Source of the DNA: Marsupella aquatica
Taxonomy: Eukaryota; Plantae; Marchantiophyta
Direction of reading: 5' to 3'
Length of the DNA stretch: 64,000 bases
Assembly (NCBI GenBank): GCA_973895155.1
Contig: OZ316894.1
Span: 9,335,340 to 9,399,339, forward strand
This document shows positions 9,545-21,670 of this stretch, one piece after another (the first letter of the stretch is position 1; each line of letters begins with the position of its first letter). The position numbers were made by a program, and so were the translations under genes. The notes below the pieces were generated by a model. That model made no database searches and had not been told where the DNA came from. It was given only the letters and a program-made list of their open reading frames with translations.

Positions 9545-12500
9545 CTACCTAATCAAAAATTGATGATTCGACTGAGAAGATTGTGCTTGCCAGTGCGCAT
9601 TCCCACCCATATGAACCTGATAACCATTTGTGCTATATTGTTGAACACGGCCATCTGAGCCAGGGGGATGTCTCCGTCCCCTATGATTCTGTCTATACCG
9701 CTCCGTTCGTTGACCTTGGTGACCACCTGAAGGAATGGATGGAGAAGGCGATGTATGATGGCTTGTTGGCCGACTTTCCACTGCAGGGTAGGCTGTCTGA
9801 GAAGGCTCCACGAATTCTGCATAGCCTGTATTCAAAGTTTGTGGGTATTGAACTCTACGCTCCGCATCTATTGTCGGAAAGTCCACCTCCCTGTGGACAT
9901 AACCACCTCCGCTATAACCAACATCAGGAGGGTAAGAGGTCAGAATATCTTCTTTCCTGTATCCAGAGTCCCAGTCCCTGTACCCAGAACCAAAATCGGC
10001 GTAACCAGACATTGTATGGCCAGCCACCTGCTTCATGCTATGACCAACAGGGATAGATCTGGAGTCGAGTGGAGGATATTCCATTGTATATCCGTTCATA
10101 CTGGGCGTCTCATAACGACGCCCTGAATATCCACCTCTGTTCTCACCCTGGGCATGGGAATCAAAACCACCACTAAGGTTTGCAATTCTAGTTGATTGTC
10201 CCACCTTCCTGTATCCATTGGCTCTGTGGGCAGGACCCTGTCCAGCTTGATTTTGCTCAGCATAAACTGGTGCAGATGGCTTTTGACCCCAAGTCCCAGC
10301 GTTACACAAAGAACTATCTGCGAAACTTTCATGTCCTCTGTTACCTGGAAGATTGGTTCTTCTCTCATTCGCAGGTTGCGACCAACCATTTCCACTTAGC
10401 CAGTTTCCGGTACTTAGTACCGTCACACCGTGATGTGTACCTCTGTGCCTTTGCCTAATAGATCCAAAGAGATAAGCTTTCAGGTCTTTGGCTTCCAGGA
10501 CATCATACACAGGATCCTTAAGGTTGGAAACAGTCGACTGTAAAACCTGATAAATAAGCTCGAACTCTTTCCTAGAAACAGACCGAGCCACATTTTGAGT
10601 ACGATCCGCGAAGTCCTCCACCTGGTATTGTAAACATGTTTGTAACGATAGTGTTTAGAAATGAGGGTCTAGGAATTTGCAGCATTTCACAATTCCTTAG
10701 ACCTAACAAGCGATAATACATATGAAGTCGATGACCTTCCAGGAGCAAGATTGACAGAAAATCTCATCCTTTCGGCAATCCAACCGGACAGGTGAGGTCT
10801 TACAGAAATGCAGCCGATATGATTTTTTGGCCAGATCTTCGAGATCCACCTTCCTTCATACGTGCTGGAACACAACCCCTGCCCCCACATGCTTTCCACA
10901 GCTAACAACTGCGCCACAGTTCGGACATGGAATTTTAGAATTTCCTCCAATAATTCAACAGGGAGTTCAATGGCCCACTTGAGGACCAACACAACGTCAA
11001 CAAAACAGATCACATTAACTCCACTGTGCATACCCTAACCCCCTCCTCTCTTTCTCCTTCGTAGTGTCAGGGCAGGTCCCCAAACATAACCCGCTTGCCA
11101 GGGGTGTTCCAAGTCTCATAATCCGCAGCCAGTCTCGCCTAGTCTCATAATTTCAAAATCTAATGTGAAAAAACAGTGTCGGGGTTACGCTTGCTAACCC
11201 ATGGCTGTAACCGCCTTGGACTCACCACCCTCGGCGATTACAGCCCATACCCCCCTAAAGGCCATGGTTTACCCTACACCAATATCATTTGTGAGAATAT
11301 GCAAAGAGTACAAATCAAAGCTGGAACAATCCTGGAAAATACCTTGAGAAAAAACGAACCAAACAGTTCTGGGACACTTTCAGTGTTGTCCTTCCCAAAT
11401 CCCCTCTCCTTATATTCCTTTACGCGAAGTTCCACAATTTGAAGACAGCTTCCAATTGCCGGTAAATGCAGCCCTGCTCTACCACAAGCCATCCGCGTTA
11501 TCGACCGTAACTAGCATAGAAGTTTTTACCACAAACGGCCTGTGTGCAGAAGCCCTGGTTCAAGTATTATGGAGACTCAAGCATATCTCTATCCAGTCAC
11601 AAGTACGACATTGGCACATTGTTCTGTAAAACAACCCGACATTATACCAAACCCCCCAATATCATGGAGAAACCGGGGACAAGCAATAAACTCACCTTCC
11701 ATGAAGACCGAAAATGGTGGAAGAATTGCAGGAGAACGAGTCTGTTGCACAGTTGCAAATTATGAAAAAAATGTAGCATGATCATTACACAGATCCAAGG
11801 TTTGCTACACCTTCTTCTGCACGGACAGAACCATAATCTTACAATTTTCTAAACAAACATAAATTCATACATCGACCCTGTAGTCTTCACAGTAGGCCAG
11901 AGGATTGCAAACCCGTGGGAAATGCATTGAGAAGCAGTAAGTCAGCACGCACTCTTCAAACCGCTTAACGAGAGAGAAGAGCGAATGATAATGACACAAG
12001 CTTATATCACTGCACCATGCTGTCTCCCAACGAATCACAGATAGAAGACAGTGCAGCTTTTCGAATTTTAAACAGGTAGTATCCCTCATTGTCATAGGCT
12101 TCTCATTGCTATAACTTAACCTTGCCTCTTGTGATCTTGCTCAGCTCAGAGTTTATGGTTAGAGTGCAGAGACCTCGCCCTAGTCGTCCCAGGAAACTTT
12201 GGTTCTAAAGATATAGATATCAGTTTGACAGACGTGACATCTGCTAGTAAGCAAAACCATCAAAAGGATTGTCCCTCCATGCGACACGAGTAGAAGATCT
12301 CGTTACCTGCAAATGAAATGCAACAAGAAGACATATTGACAAGGAATTTAAGGTCCCATTTTTGGAGCTGTTGACATTATGCTTTTTGGCCCAAGCTTTC
12401 ACCTGCACACATAGCCAAACATCAGCTCTTGAGAAACGCTAAGAAATTATTGGACGTGTCATACTCGATCTAAAGAAGGATGCATTTTGATGAGGTCATG

Positions 12501-13990
12501 TAAAAAGCTGAAACAGGAAAGAAGAACAAACCAGATAGCACAGTTGCCGGAACCTTGAATCCATGGTTGAAAACATCCCCAACACCTGCGACTTCAGGAC
12601 TCCGTCATTATTCTCCACTGATATATCGCACTCTATTCCAGTTTTGCATTCGACAAATTTCACCACTGGTACTGCTGCGCGATAAACCGTCTCTATCTTT
12701 TGGACACTTTGTCGTTGGCCTGCACAGCATCGCGAATATATATCAAATGCATAGTTCGAGACGAGCGTGTAGAAGAGTCCTACGACAAACATTGACCTCA
12801 TTGCAGACCTTTCGAGATAAATGGTTTGATTGGTAGTACGGTCTAGACAGACAGAGAGCCAAGTGGTTGGAACGAGACTTGACAATGGAAACCTATATGG
12901 CTGCCCTAACAAAACGCAATCGTCCTCTATGTTGAATGAAAGAGCAGTATCATCCAACGACAACTCACCATTTTTTAGACCATACAAAGCCTTTGCAACC
13001 TTTCTCAAGTAATGGACTTTGTCATTACGAGAACGATCACACCTCCCATCAGCTAAATTGAGAGAGAGATCCAAATCGCTGCTTGAGGTGAAGAGATCCA
13101 TCACAAACGAACCAAACGCACAGATACAGCTCCCTGAGGTGTAAATGTCAACATGCAGAGTCAGCCTCATTGAAACAATCTAACAAAGCCCAAATAGTCA
13201 CGAAATTATTCCATATTGAAAATCTAGTAGGTCAGGATTTAAGCAGATAGGAGTTTTGAACAGCACTTGCCCACCCTAGCTTTCATACATGATACAATGA
13301 CATGCTGAGAGATAAAACATCGAGTCCTCTTTGCCTCTTAACCCTAATACTTTACACAATGGTGCATGTCAAAGGAGATGGTATACTACCATACTCAATT
13401 CCAAACCGCCGCATTGCAAGAGAATTGATAAACTTCACTCACCTGGAATCTTGTGATTCACAAACTTCGTGATGTATTGAATCACACTCTGGCGGGCATC
13501 CAAATCGGCTTGTTTCGGTTGGAGTTGACCATATACCTCGTCCAGCATGTCCACAAGCAACTTTTTGCTAGTCGGTGTGAACACAATTTGACCGACCTGC
13601 TGCAGCTCCAACCATATTGCGCGCTCGTTCACGACTACGAGCAGTAAGAACAGAAGTTAGAAAGCGTTAAAAATACGAAGTAACTGCTCGTTCAAAGCCA
13701 TTGAACGGCAGACGAACAGATAATGGAGGCTTCACTTTTGAACAAATATTCCACCTGATTAAACACGAGGTGATCTGTCTGGCGTGAAGAACGGCGAGGG
13801 TTTGCCCATGACTTTGGAGTAACCAACCCCTGTTTGGTTCTGGCAGACAGATATGGTCAGGGCAGTACTCACTGTGCGAGGGAGGGACAACGACGCCGTC
13901 CGCTGAAGATGAAACATCCTCAGCATCATCATCTGAATCATACTCTTGAAGGTCGGGACTGGAACAACGGTCTCCAGATGCAACCTGCAT
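9545..13990 (-). CDS. HESO1: HESO1-like terminal uridylyltransferase (small-RNA nucleotidyltransferase)
   Basis: Exons ~13873-13990, 13443-13634, 12969-13133, 12532-12719, 12307-12402, 11696-11741, 11343-11473, 10804-10908, 9545-10621 with GT-AG boundaries. Motifs FGSFVMDLFTSSSDLDLS, AAVPVVKF..GIECDISVEN, VKAWAK..NSSKNGTLNSLSI..VAFHLQ, PAILPPFS, VEDF..QNVARSV. Start codon uncertain. Confidence 0.9.
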
Positions 13991-16299
13991 TGCTCAGATT
14001 TCTAGTATTTGCTGATTCAAATCTGCAATCTAGAACGAAACACGTTTATCAGCCTCTTCAGAAAAGCATCAGGAGGTGAAGAAAGTTACAAAGAAATTGA
14101 GGAAACCAACTTACTACTGACGGAACGGGCCGACTCCGAACACTATACTAAGCTGGACAATCTGCTAAGTAGAAAAATATGCGTCGTCTACGGAGAAAAG
14201 GACGCACGAGACTCGGGACGCGCATAAACCCACGCAACCTAATTAGCTCTAAGATACTACGGTTCATTGCAGAAATGCCACAGAAATATCGCGACCATTC
14301 GGCGGGAGCCTACAGGTAGCCGAAATGACGATTACTCTCGTTAGGTCCGCAATAACCAGACCACAGCAAACAAATTTCACGGACTACACAAGCACTAGGC
14401 TGGAGGGTTATGTCGTGGTCTCTTGTGAACATCAGACAAACGGATACAAGGACCAGACAAGACGCGGCTGGCACCGAACAAGAGTCGCAATCGAAACGTG
14501 GGATTCAAGAGTCTCTAATTCGACTCAATTGCTCAAGTGATTCCCACTACGGATGAGGTCATTTCCATAACCACAGCATCACAGAATGAGATGTGACCTC
14601 AGTGAACACAGGTAAGGTGACAAGACATCGGGGGCGGTTTCGATCCCGCATTTGGAACGAGAGGTTCATTCGATAAACACAGAACGACTTACGGGTCGGA
14701 CTAGCCACATGCTAAACTGGCGCGCCTGTAGAGCAGTATAAGAGCAGCACTCGTACGCCGCAAGCCACGAAATTGACGAAGGACTAGCTCGGGTAGCTTT
14801 AAAGCTCGAGGGCAATGCGGCGAAGGATTAGACCGTATGGATTGAACATTATATCCACACGAGCTAAGTCGCCAAATTGCACACTGACTGACAAAAGTGT
14901 TCGCATGAGTTTCGAATGACGACCGGACTAATTTGGACTCCAAGCGGAGGGGCAGAACTGAACTCGAACAACAACAATTGCAATACAACGGAGAGGGACG
15001 CCATCATTGGACTGGACCCGCCTGATTATCCTTCACAAGTTCACAATCTCGGAGCGAATACTGAAACAAGCGAAGTATCACAGGCCATATCAAACACAGC
15101 TTCAAGACCGAAGTAGATAGCGGTACAAACAAAACATTAGAAACAGAGCGTCACGAGATGAACCCATCTCATCAGTGGCACCGCCGATTCCCCGCTATCT
15201 AACCAATGGTAGCTCTACTCCATAAAGTAACCCCGATTCTTCGCTATCCAGCGGTAGTTCTACACCACAGAATTTTTTTTATCAGACCTTTCTTGACCAA
15301 ACCGGAATTAAAGTAAACGCGATACGGAGCGGACGCGGCGTCGTACCTGTCGCAAGCCTTAAGAACTTGTGCAACGAAGCTTTTAGCGACCTTGGCATCA
15401 AAATGAGATGAACGCGCGAGCTGTCGTCGGCATTAGCAGCAACAGCAGTGGGATGAGCGATAGTCACCACAGCAGGATTTCCGTCTACAGCCAAGCCAAG
15501 CCAGACCAAACTACACCACCAGGACGAGAATAGAGGAGTCTGGCGAACGGACGGATTCTCCCAACTTCTTTCCGCACTCACTCCCAGCGTCGTCGTCCTT
15601 GCGATTCGACTATCACAACGAGTGCGGAAAGTAAAGAATGTGCGAAATGAAACGGAATCTCCTCTCCCACCCCTCCGCGCCTCCGTTTCGCCCACCAGCA
15701 ACTTGAGCAACAACTTGCCCTTCGAGGGCGGGCGGGCGGGCGGGCGGTCGGTCGGTCGGTCGGACAAGAAATGCTGAGCACGCGAAAGCCTTTTGTTGTG
15801 AAGCTCTCCCTCGCTTCTTCCTTTTTCACTGTTACTAAAAAGCTCCACCGTAATCCACGCTGTCCCGCTCCACTCCCTCCCTACCAGCAGCAGCAGCAGC
15901 AAAGCATACCATCCTTCCCACCACCGAGGCAGCAGTAGAGCAGACTAGCAGAAACTCATCACGCCAACAATAACAACAATAATTATGGCAGGAAGCAGGT
16001 CCAGCCTCGCCCCTCCACTCCACTACTCGACTCCGGCCCTGCTGCTGTGCTGCAGCGACGCACGCAGGAAGGCAGGCGCAGGCACGCAGGCCAGGAACGA
16101 GGCTGCCTATCATTCTACAGTAGGCAGCACGGCGCAGCCCACACCCAGCCCACAAAGCACACAATGCGCTGCGGATGAGCGCAGCTTGCATCATCAAGAA
16201 ACACAGAACAACGCGAGCCCAAAATCGAAACGTGTGAAAAAACAGCAAAGAATCTACTCCTGTACGCACGCAGATCCCCCCCTACCTACGGTCCTGTCA

Positions 16300-18090
16300 G
16301 CGGCAGCACCTCTGCCGTCTTGCACTCTTTCTCACCACTCCTGGACCAGCAATCGCCCCCCCTCCTGACACCGTCCCCTCCCCCTCGCCTCGCCTCGCCT
16401 TCCATGCGCCCCCACCCCGAGTGGCCGAGTCCCCGACCGCAGGTACACTCCTTCCCGATCCCACAAAGTACCATTCGCTTTACCCTTCGTGATGTTTTCA
16501 GTCTCAGAAGAATATCCCTGTCAAGATTTTGGATCACCTTTTTAATAAGATTCTCTTATACTTTTACTAAAATTAGTACAAATCACTTATGGGTTAAGAT
16601 CCGGTTTCCTCTTGCAGTCTCCCTCTCCTAGCCTCATTTCCCATCACTCCTCGACCGACAATCACCCCCTCCTCACACTCTCCCCTCTTTCTCATTACTC
16701 CTGGACCAACAACCACCCTCTCTTCACACTCTCCCCTCGTCTAGCCTCCCATTCGCCCCACCCCTGTGGCCAAGTCTCCTACCATAGGTCTTTCCCATAC
16801 AGTCCACTCACTTACCCTTGTGATTTCTCGCTTTGTATTTTTTCTCAGAACACTCTTAGAGAAGAATGCCCTGTCAAGATTTGGATCACCTCTGGAGAAA
16901 GATTCTCATCTAGGTTTACTGAATTTTATGCAAATAAAAGTCACTTATGCCAACTCTACTAAGGTCCTCTTTGGTCTTGCATTCTTTTCTCATCATTCCT
17001 CGACCAACAATCACCCCCCATCCTGACAGCCTCCCATTGCCTTGCCTTCCATCCGCCCCACCCCCCAGTGCCCGAGTCCCTGACCCTAGTGCACTCCATC
17101 CCACACATCACCAGAGATATTGTATAATGCAAGCAAACAGGAATTTTGTTAGCAATGAGAGTGTTGTTAGCAAGACACTAGTGATTTTAAATTTCTTTTT
17201 GCTTTTTGCTGCCTTTTATACTTTTTGTGTGTTTTTTATGATTCCAGATGGAGGAGTCCCCAAAATGTATGTTATCAACCAAGTCCTTGTTAGCTAGACA
17301 GTTGGATATAGAAAAATTAGGGGTCATGTGAGTAATTTTTTTCTCATGCTATCAATTTTTTTACTGTTTCCTTACATGTCACAAAGACCCCAAATCACCT
17401 TTTGGTCACTCCTTCCCATACAGTACCATTCACTTACCCTTCGTGTTTACCTTTGTACTTTTTGGTGACTCCTCTTTGCCCCCATCGTTTTTTTCGGTCT
17501 ACACCGACACTTTTAGAATTATACTCTCACCTAGACTAGATTTCTGGTTTAGAGGTTTCACTCTAGAGAGTATCCCATGGATTTGCTTTTGATTCCCTTT
17601 TGTTACTTAGTCTAAGGTCCTGTTTTGTCATGCACTCTTCTCATCACTGAAGGACCAACAATCACCCCCTCCTGACACAGTCCCAACGGCACACTCCTTC
17701 CCAGACGACTCTACAGTACCATGCACTTACCCTTCCTGATTGTTTTTTTCTTTGTACTTTTCAGTGTAGTTTTGGAGAAAAATGTGATTTTTTCATTTGG
17801 ATATCTAAGTGCATTTTTTCAGAAGACTGCCTGGGCAAGATTTGGAACACCTTTTCATAAGATTCTCCCCTACTTTCACTAAAAAATTAGTATAAAACAA
17901 ATCACGTAGGGCTTTGAGAGTATTAAGGTACTTTTTCGTCTTGCTTACGTTCTCATCACTCCTTGGCCAACAATCACCCCATATTGACACTCAGTGCATT
18001 CTTGGAGAATGCCTTGTCAAGATTTGGATCACCTCAGTCTTTAGAAAAGATTGTCCTCTACTTTTCTAATATTAGCACAAATAGAAATGT
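16300..18090. repeat. Degenerate modular repeat array (probable TE remnant)
   Basis: Module TCATCACTCCTGGACCAACAATCACCCCCTCC recurs at ~16330, 16640, 16690, 16990, 17640 and 17950. Module GAATGCCCTGTCAAGATTTGGATCACC..AAGATTCTC recurs at ~16510, 16865, 17825 and 18005. Confidence 0.75.
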
Positions 18091-18453
18091 CTTAGACCTT
18101 TAAGTGTATCCTGTTTCCAGCATTGACGACAATAAGGGCCCCTCAAAACCCAAGCTTATACTCTTATTTTTTGAATCATTATCCCATAGTGCTCAGTAAG
18201 CAGGACATTAATATATACTTGATGCCCTTGGTGATTTGTCTGTTTGTAAATTGATGCTTTATGGAGAAGAATGCATGTGAGAAGAATATAAACCCCAGAT
18301 TTAGATGGGGCTTATGAAACTTCAAGTCTACTTTTATCAAGTTAGTCCCCCATTTGAGCGTCATGGCCCATAATGCTCTCTTACGAGGATGTTACTATAT
18401 TCATTCACCACTGGTTTCACTTTGTGGACCAGCCATTCTTAAACACTATACAC

Positions 18454-19288
18454 TAGTTACGGACCCCACTAGAGGTCCCTTCAGAAATTCTTAGCACCAC
18501 AGCGTGCCATGTCAACAACAACCGCACCAAACAAGACTTGGCGGTTTTGTGAATCAAACTTATAGTTTTCATTCGTGTTTGTGTCAATTTGGGTGTAAAT
18601 TTTAGGACGCCGTGCCGTAAAAAGAAAAGTAAAAACATTGGAAAGGCAAAGAGCAAGACGGTTAAAATTGTCACTATGTAGCCGTTTTAGTTACATTTTC
18701 AGTTTTAAAACTTAAATTCAAAGATTTATAAAAAATATTTTTCATATAAGAAATAATGACTAATAACTAACTTGATAACTTCCTTGTTAAACCGCAACTC
18801 CCGGTATGTAAGGACCTCTCGTATTGTACGGCCATTAATGATGGGAAGAGCACATAGAAACCCAGGATCGGGGAGGAGGAATGGCTGGAATCTTGAAATT
18901 TCATCGAATTTTATACTCAAAACTATTTACTCATTCTCAAAACAAAAAATACCCAATCGTAGATCTCATTGAGATCTTTCTTTTGCACCCTAGATCGCCT
19001 TCTAACATGGATGAACAAGATTTCTAGAGGCATTACAAAATGGACGGCAAAGATTGTAAAATCAACAAAATAGACGGCTAGGAAGGCTTGGATTTGTTTA
19101 ATTTTTCATTTGAAAAATATTAACCCATTTGCAAGACGGACAATTTCATAGATCTATTTGAGATCTTTTTTTTTTAGCCATAGATTGGCCATTATGATGG
19201 ACGGACGAGATTTCCGGAGATAAGAAATGGAGACGGCTCAAATCGACTCTTCCCCCTGATTTTATTAGCCAAGGGGTCCACGAACTAA
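18454..19288 (-). mobile_element. Non-autonomous DNA element copy A (sub-terminal GGACCCC/GGGGTCC inverted repeats, 3' hairpin)
   Basis: Terminal ~170 bp align with the reverse complement of 36090-36261. Ends on the minus strand are TTAGTTCGTGGACCCC and GGACCTCTAGTGGGGTCCGTAA. Confidence 0.6.
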
Positions 19289-19426
19289 TTTTCTTTTCAT
19301 GAGAGTACAATCTACCATGTCTAAGTGCAACTCTTGGGAAGACGCATTATATCCTGCACTGAATTACAAATGTTCCAAATGCATGAGATTTCAATTTTGC
19401 ACTACCCAATAAACCCATGGAAGAAA

Positions 19427-19429
19427 AAA

Positions 19430-19472
<43 letters not shown>

Positions 19473-19473
19473 A
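19427..19473. repeat. (AAAT)n microsatellite
   Basis: Perfect AAAT run. Confidence 0.95.
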
Positions 19474-21519
19474 CTCATGGAAAATCTGGAGGGTTCAACT
19501 GAAATTGAGAGTATATGGGGAAGCAGGACGTTGGGGACAAGACAAGCTTTTGAGAATGACACAACTGGCTCTAACTCTACACAGAACGGGCACTCATACT
19601 ACTGTAGTCTGCTAATATATGTAATAATAAATATGTATATTGGGGAGTCTCAAATACAGTACGCGGGCAGTCTCACGTCAGTCCAATTTTTCCCACGGCG
19701 GCGTGGCTGATACTGGACCCGAAAACATCAAGAGAAAATCTCTGCACCAGTCGAAGCCACCAAGGGTCGATCTTACTGGCACCGGCCATATCTTGCAGAA
19801 GAGCAAAATATTTTAGACCCTCTATTGATTAATTAACTTTACTACCTTTCACAACTATGCTTGTCTCGACGATATTAGTAGTGGAGCCAACCAAAGCGTC
19901 CTGTTCGACTTTTGACCGCGAAATATTCGTGTTACACTGCACAAATCGAGCGCAAATCGACAAGACTATTCTGTTGTCGATAGCGCCAAACCCATGTCCC
20001 CTATTTCCAAGGCTCGTGGGTCTCTCGCCATCCGGGACTGTAAACTTCCGATCTCCGTCGGAAACGTGCAGCGGTAGGTTCGTCGGTTACGCAGGACTAT
20101 ACCGTCCTGATCGGTATCCCACGGATAGAGGCATTCACCAGCGGAAGTCAGGTATATCCGTCCTCATCGTATCTCTCGGATAACGGGATTAACCAGCAGA
20201 AACTAGGTGTCACTTCGGTAACTATGACGCTGTTTTAACCTTGCGCGATATCCAAAGTGATGGATTTTGTTTCCTCGAGAGACTCAAAATTCAAGACGCT
20301 TTTTCTATGCTCCGATGTATCTCAAAGCTTTGACCCTTTGACTTCGATGGACCATGTTCAGGTGTTAGTTTAAGCTCAAATATAATAATAGTTCTCCATA
20401 AATGATCACATTTTGGGGCACGAGTTCAGTTGTACCAAGTACCAAGGATACATGATAAGTCGACTGGTTGGGACATGGAAGACCGTCCAGATTGATCCAC
20501 GCTTGACCAACTTTTAGCCTCTGATAGTTGTCCGTACCCTATGCTCAGTTAATTTTAGTATCAAACCCATGCTCCTTAGATGTGATATCTTAATGCCCAT
20601 TGAACTTTTCCTTTCTAATTTCCAGGGTATTCTTGGAGACGAATGCACACTCAAGATTGAGATCAGCCCATTATGAAACTTCTGCTTTTACTAGAATTAA
20701 TAAACACCTTATGTACAGAAGGCCTCTGTGAGTAAGGGGCACAGGTATGAGCTAGTGATTGATAAAGGACTTGACCGAGCATCGTAACCAGATAACCATG
20801 TTGATACTTTCCTGGGAAAACCATGTTGTTACTTTGAATCAAGCACTACATTTCTTTTGAATGAATAATGATCATCATGGTTTTGGGTCCCAAGAATTAT
20901 CTGAGTTACATGATCACAGGTTGTGAGCTATCCTAGCATCAACTAGAATTCAGAAAATAAGATCTCCCTATCCCAATCAAATACTACTCCGAGGAAAGAA
21001 ATCAAATATTTCCAGCAGATCTTGTCTTTTTGGACTGTGTATCACATCGAAAGTGAACTAAGAAAACAATTTCGCAATTTTTTGCTCCCACAGTTTTCCA
21101 CGACCCTGAAAACGACAGTACGGGGAGGGTTTCCGGAATATCTGGCGACGGAAATGAAAAGAAATACCCAAAGACAGAAAGGATGTCCTTGTTTTTATTA
21201 TTTTCTCCTGTACTCCAGAAATGGTATCATCGGACATCGGTGATAGTTCCGAACCGTCGTATAGCGCCACTGACGGCGTCTGACCACTGTACTACCCGTG
21301 GAGGAAACGGAACGGACGGGCTGCCCGGGTGCCATCACTCACTCTTTCCCCATTTGGAGTGAGTCCACGGGTCCCTCCAAATCATTTAAGGCATTGTGCC
21401 CGTTTACTATGGTAAAATAAACCTGTAAACCCGGTTTGAACAGACTGACACAACAACTTGTCATTAGTTTGTTCCAAAAAGTGTCAAATATCATATATCC
21501 GTCTATATTCCCCGGCCGA

Positions 21520-21670
21520 TAGGGACAGGCTGGGACAGGCTGGGACAGGCTGGGACAGGCCGGGGTCGGGCTGGGGTCGGGGTAAGGTCTGGGTAAGGCC
21601 GGGGTGTGACCGGGTTGGGCCAGGCAGGGGACTGGGTCGGGGGCAGGGCCGGGGCTGGGATGACCGGGTG
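21520..21670 (+). repeat. G-rich tandem tract (GGGACAGGCT x4, then GGGGTC-type repeats), probable TE subterminal region
   Basis: Visible tandem units with regularly spaced GGG runs. Confidence 0.7.

Noticed and set aside
14625-14655. GGTTTCGATCCC resembling a tRNA T-loop
   Set aside because: No cloverleaf or A-box could be built around it.
15282-16368. Several 120-200 aa ORFs upstream of HESO1
   Set aside because: Non-ATG starts, microsatellite-driven composition and no recognisable motifs; they fit a GC-rich leader.
20215-20240. GGTAACTATGAC resembling the LSU rRNA homing-endonuclease site
   Set aside because: Only ~12 bp match and the flanks are not rRNA-like.
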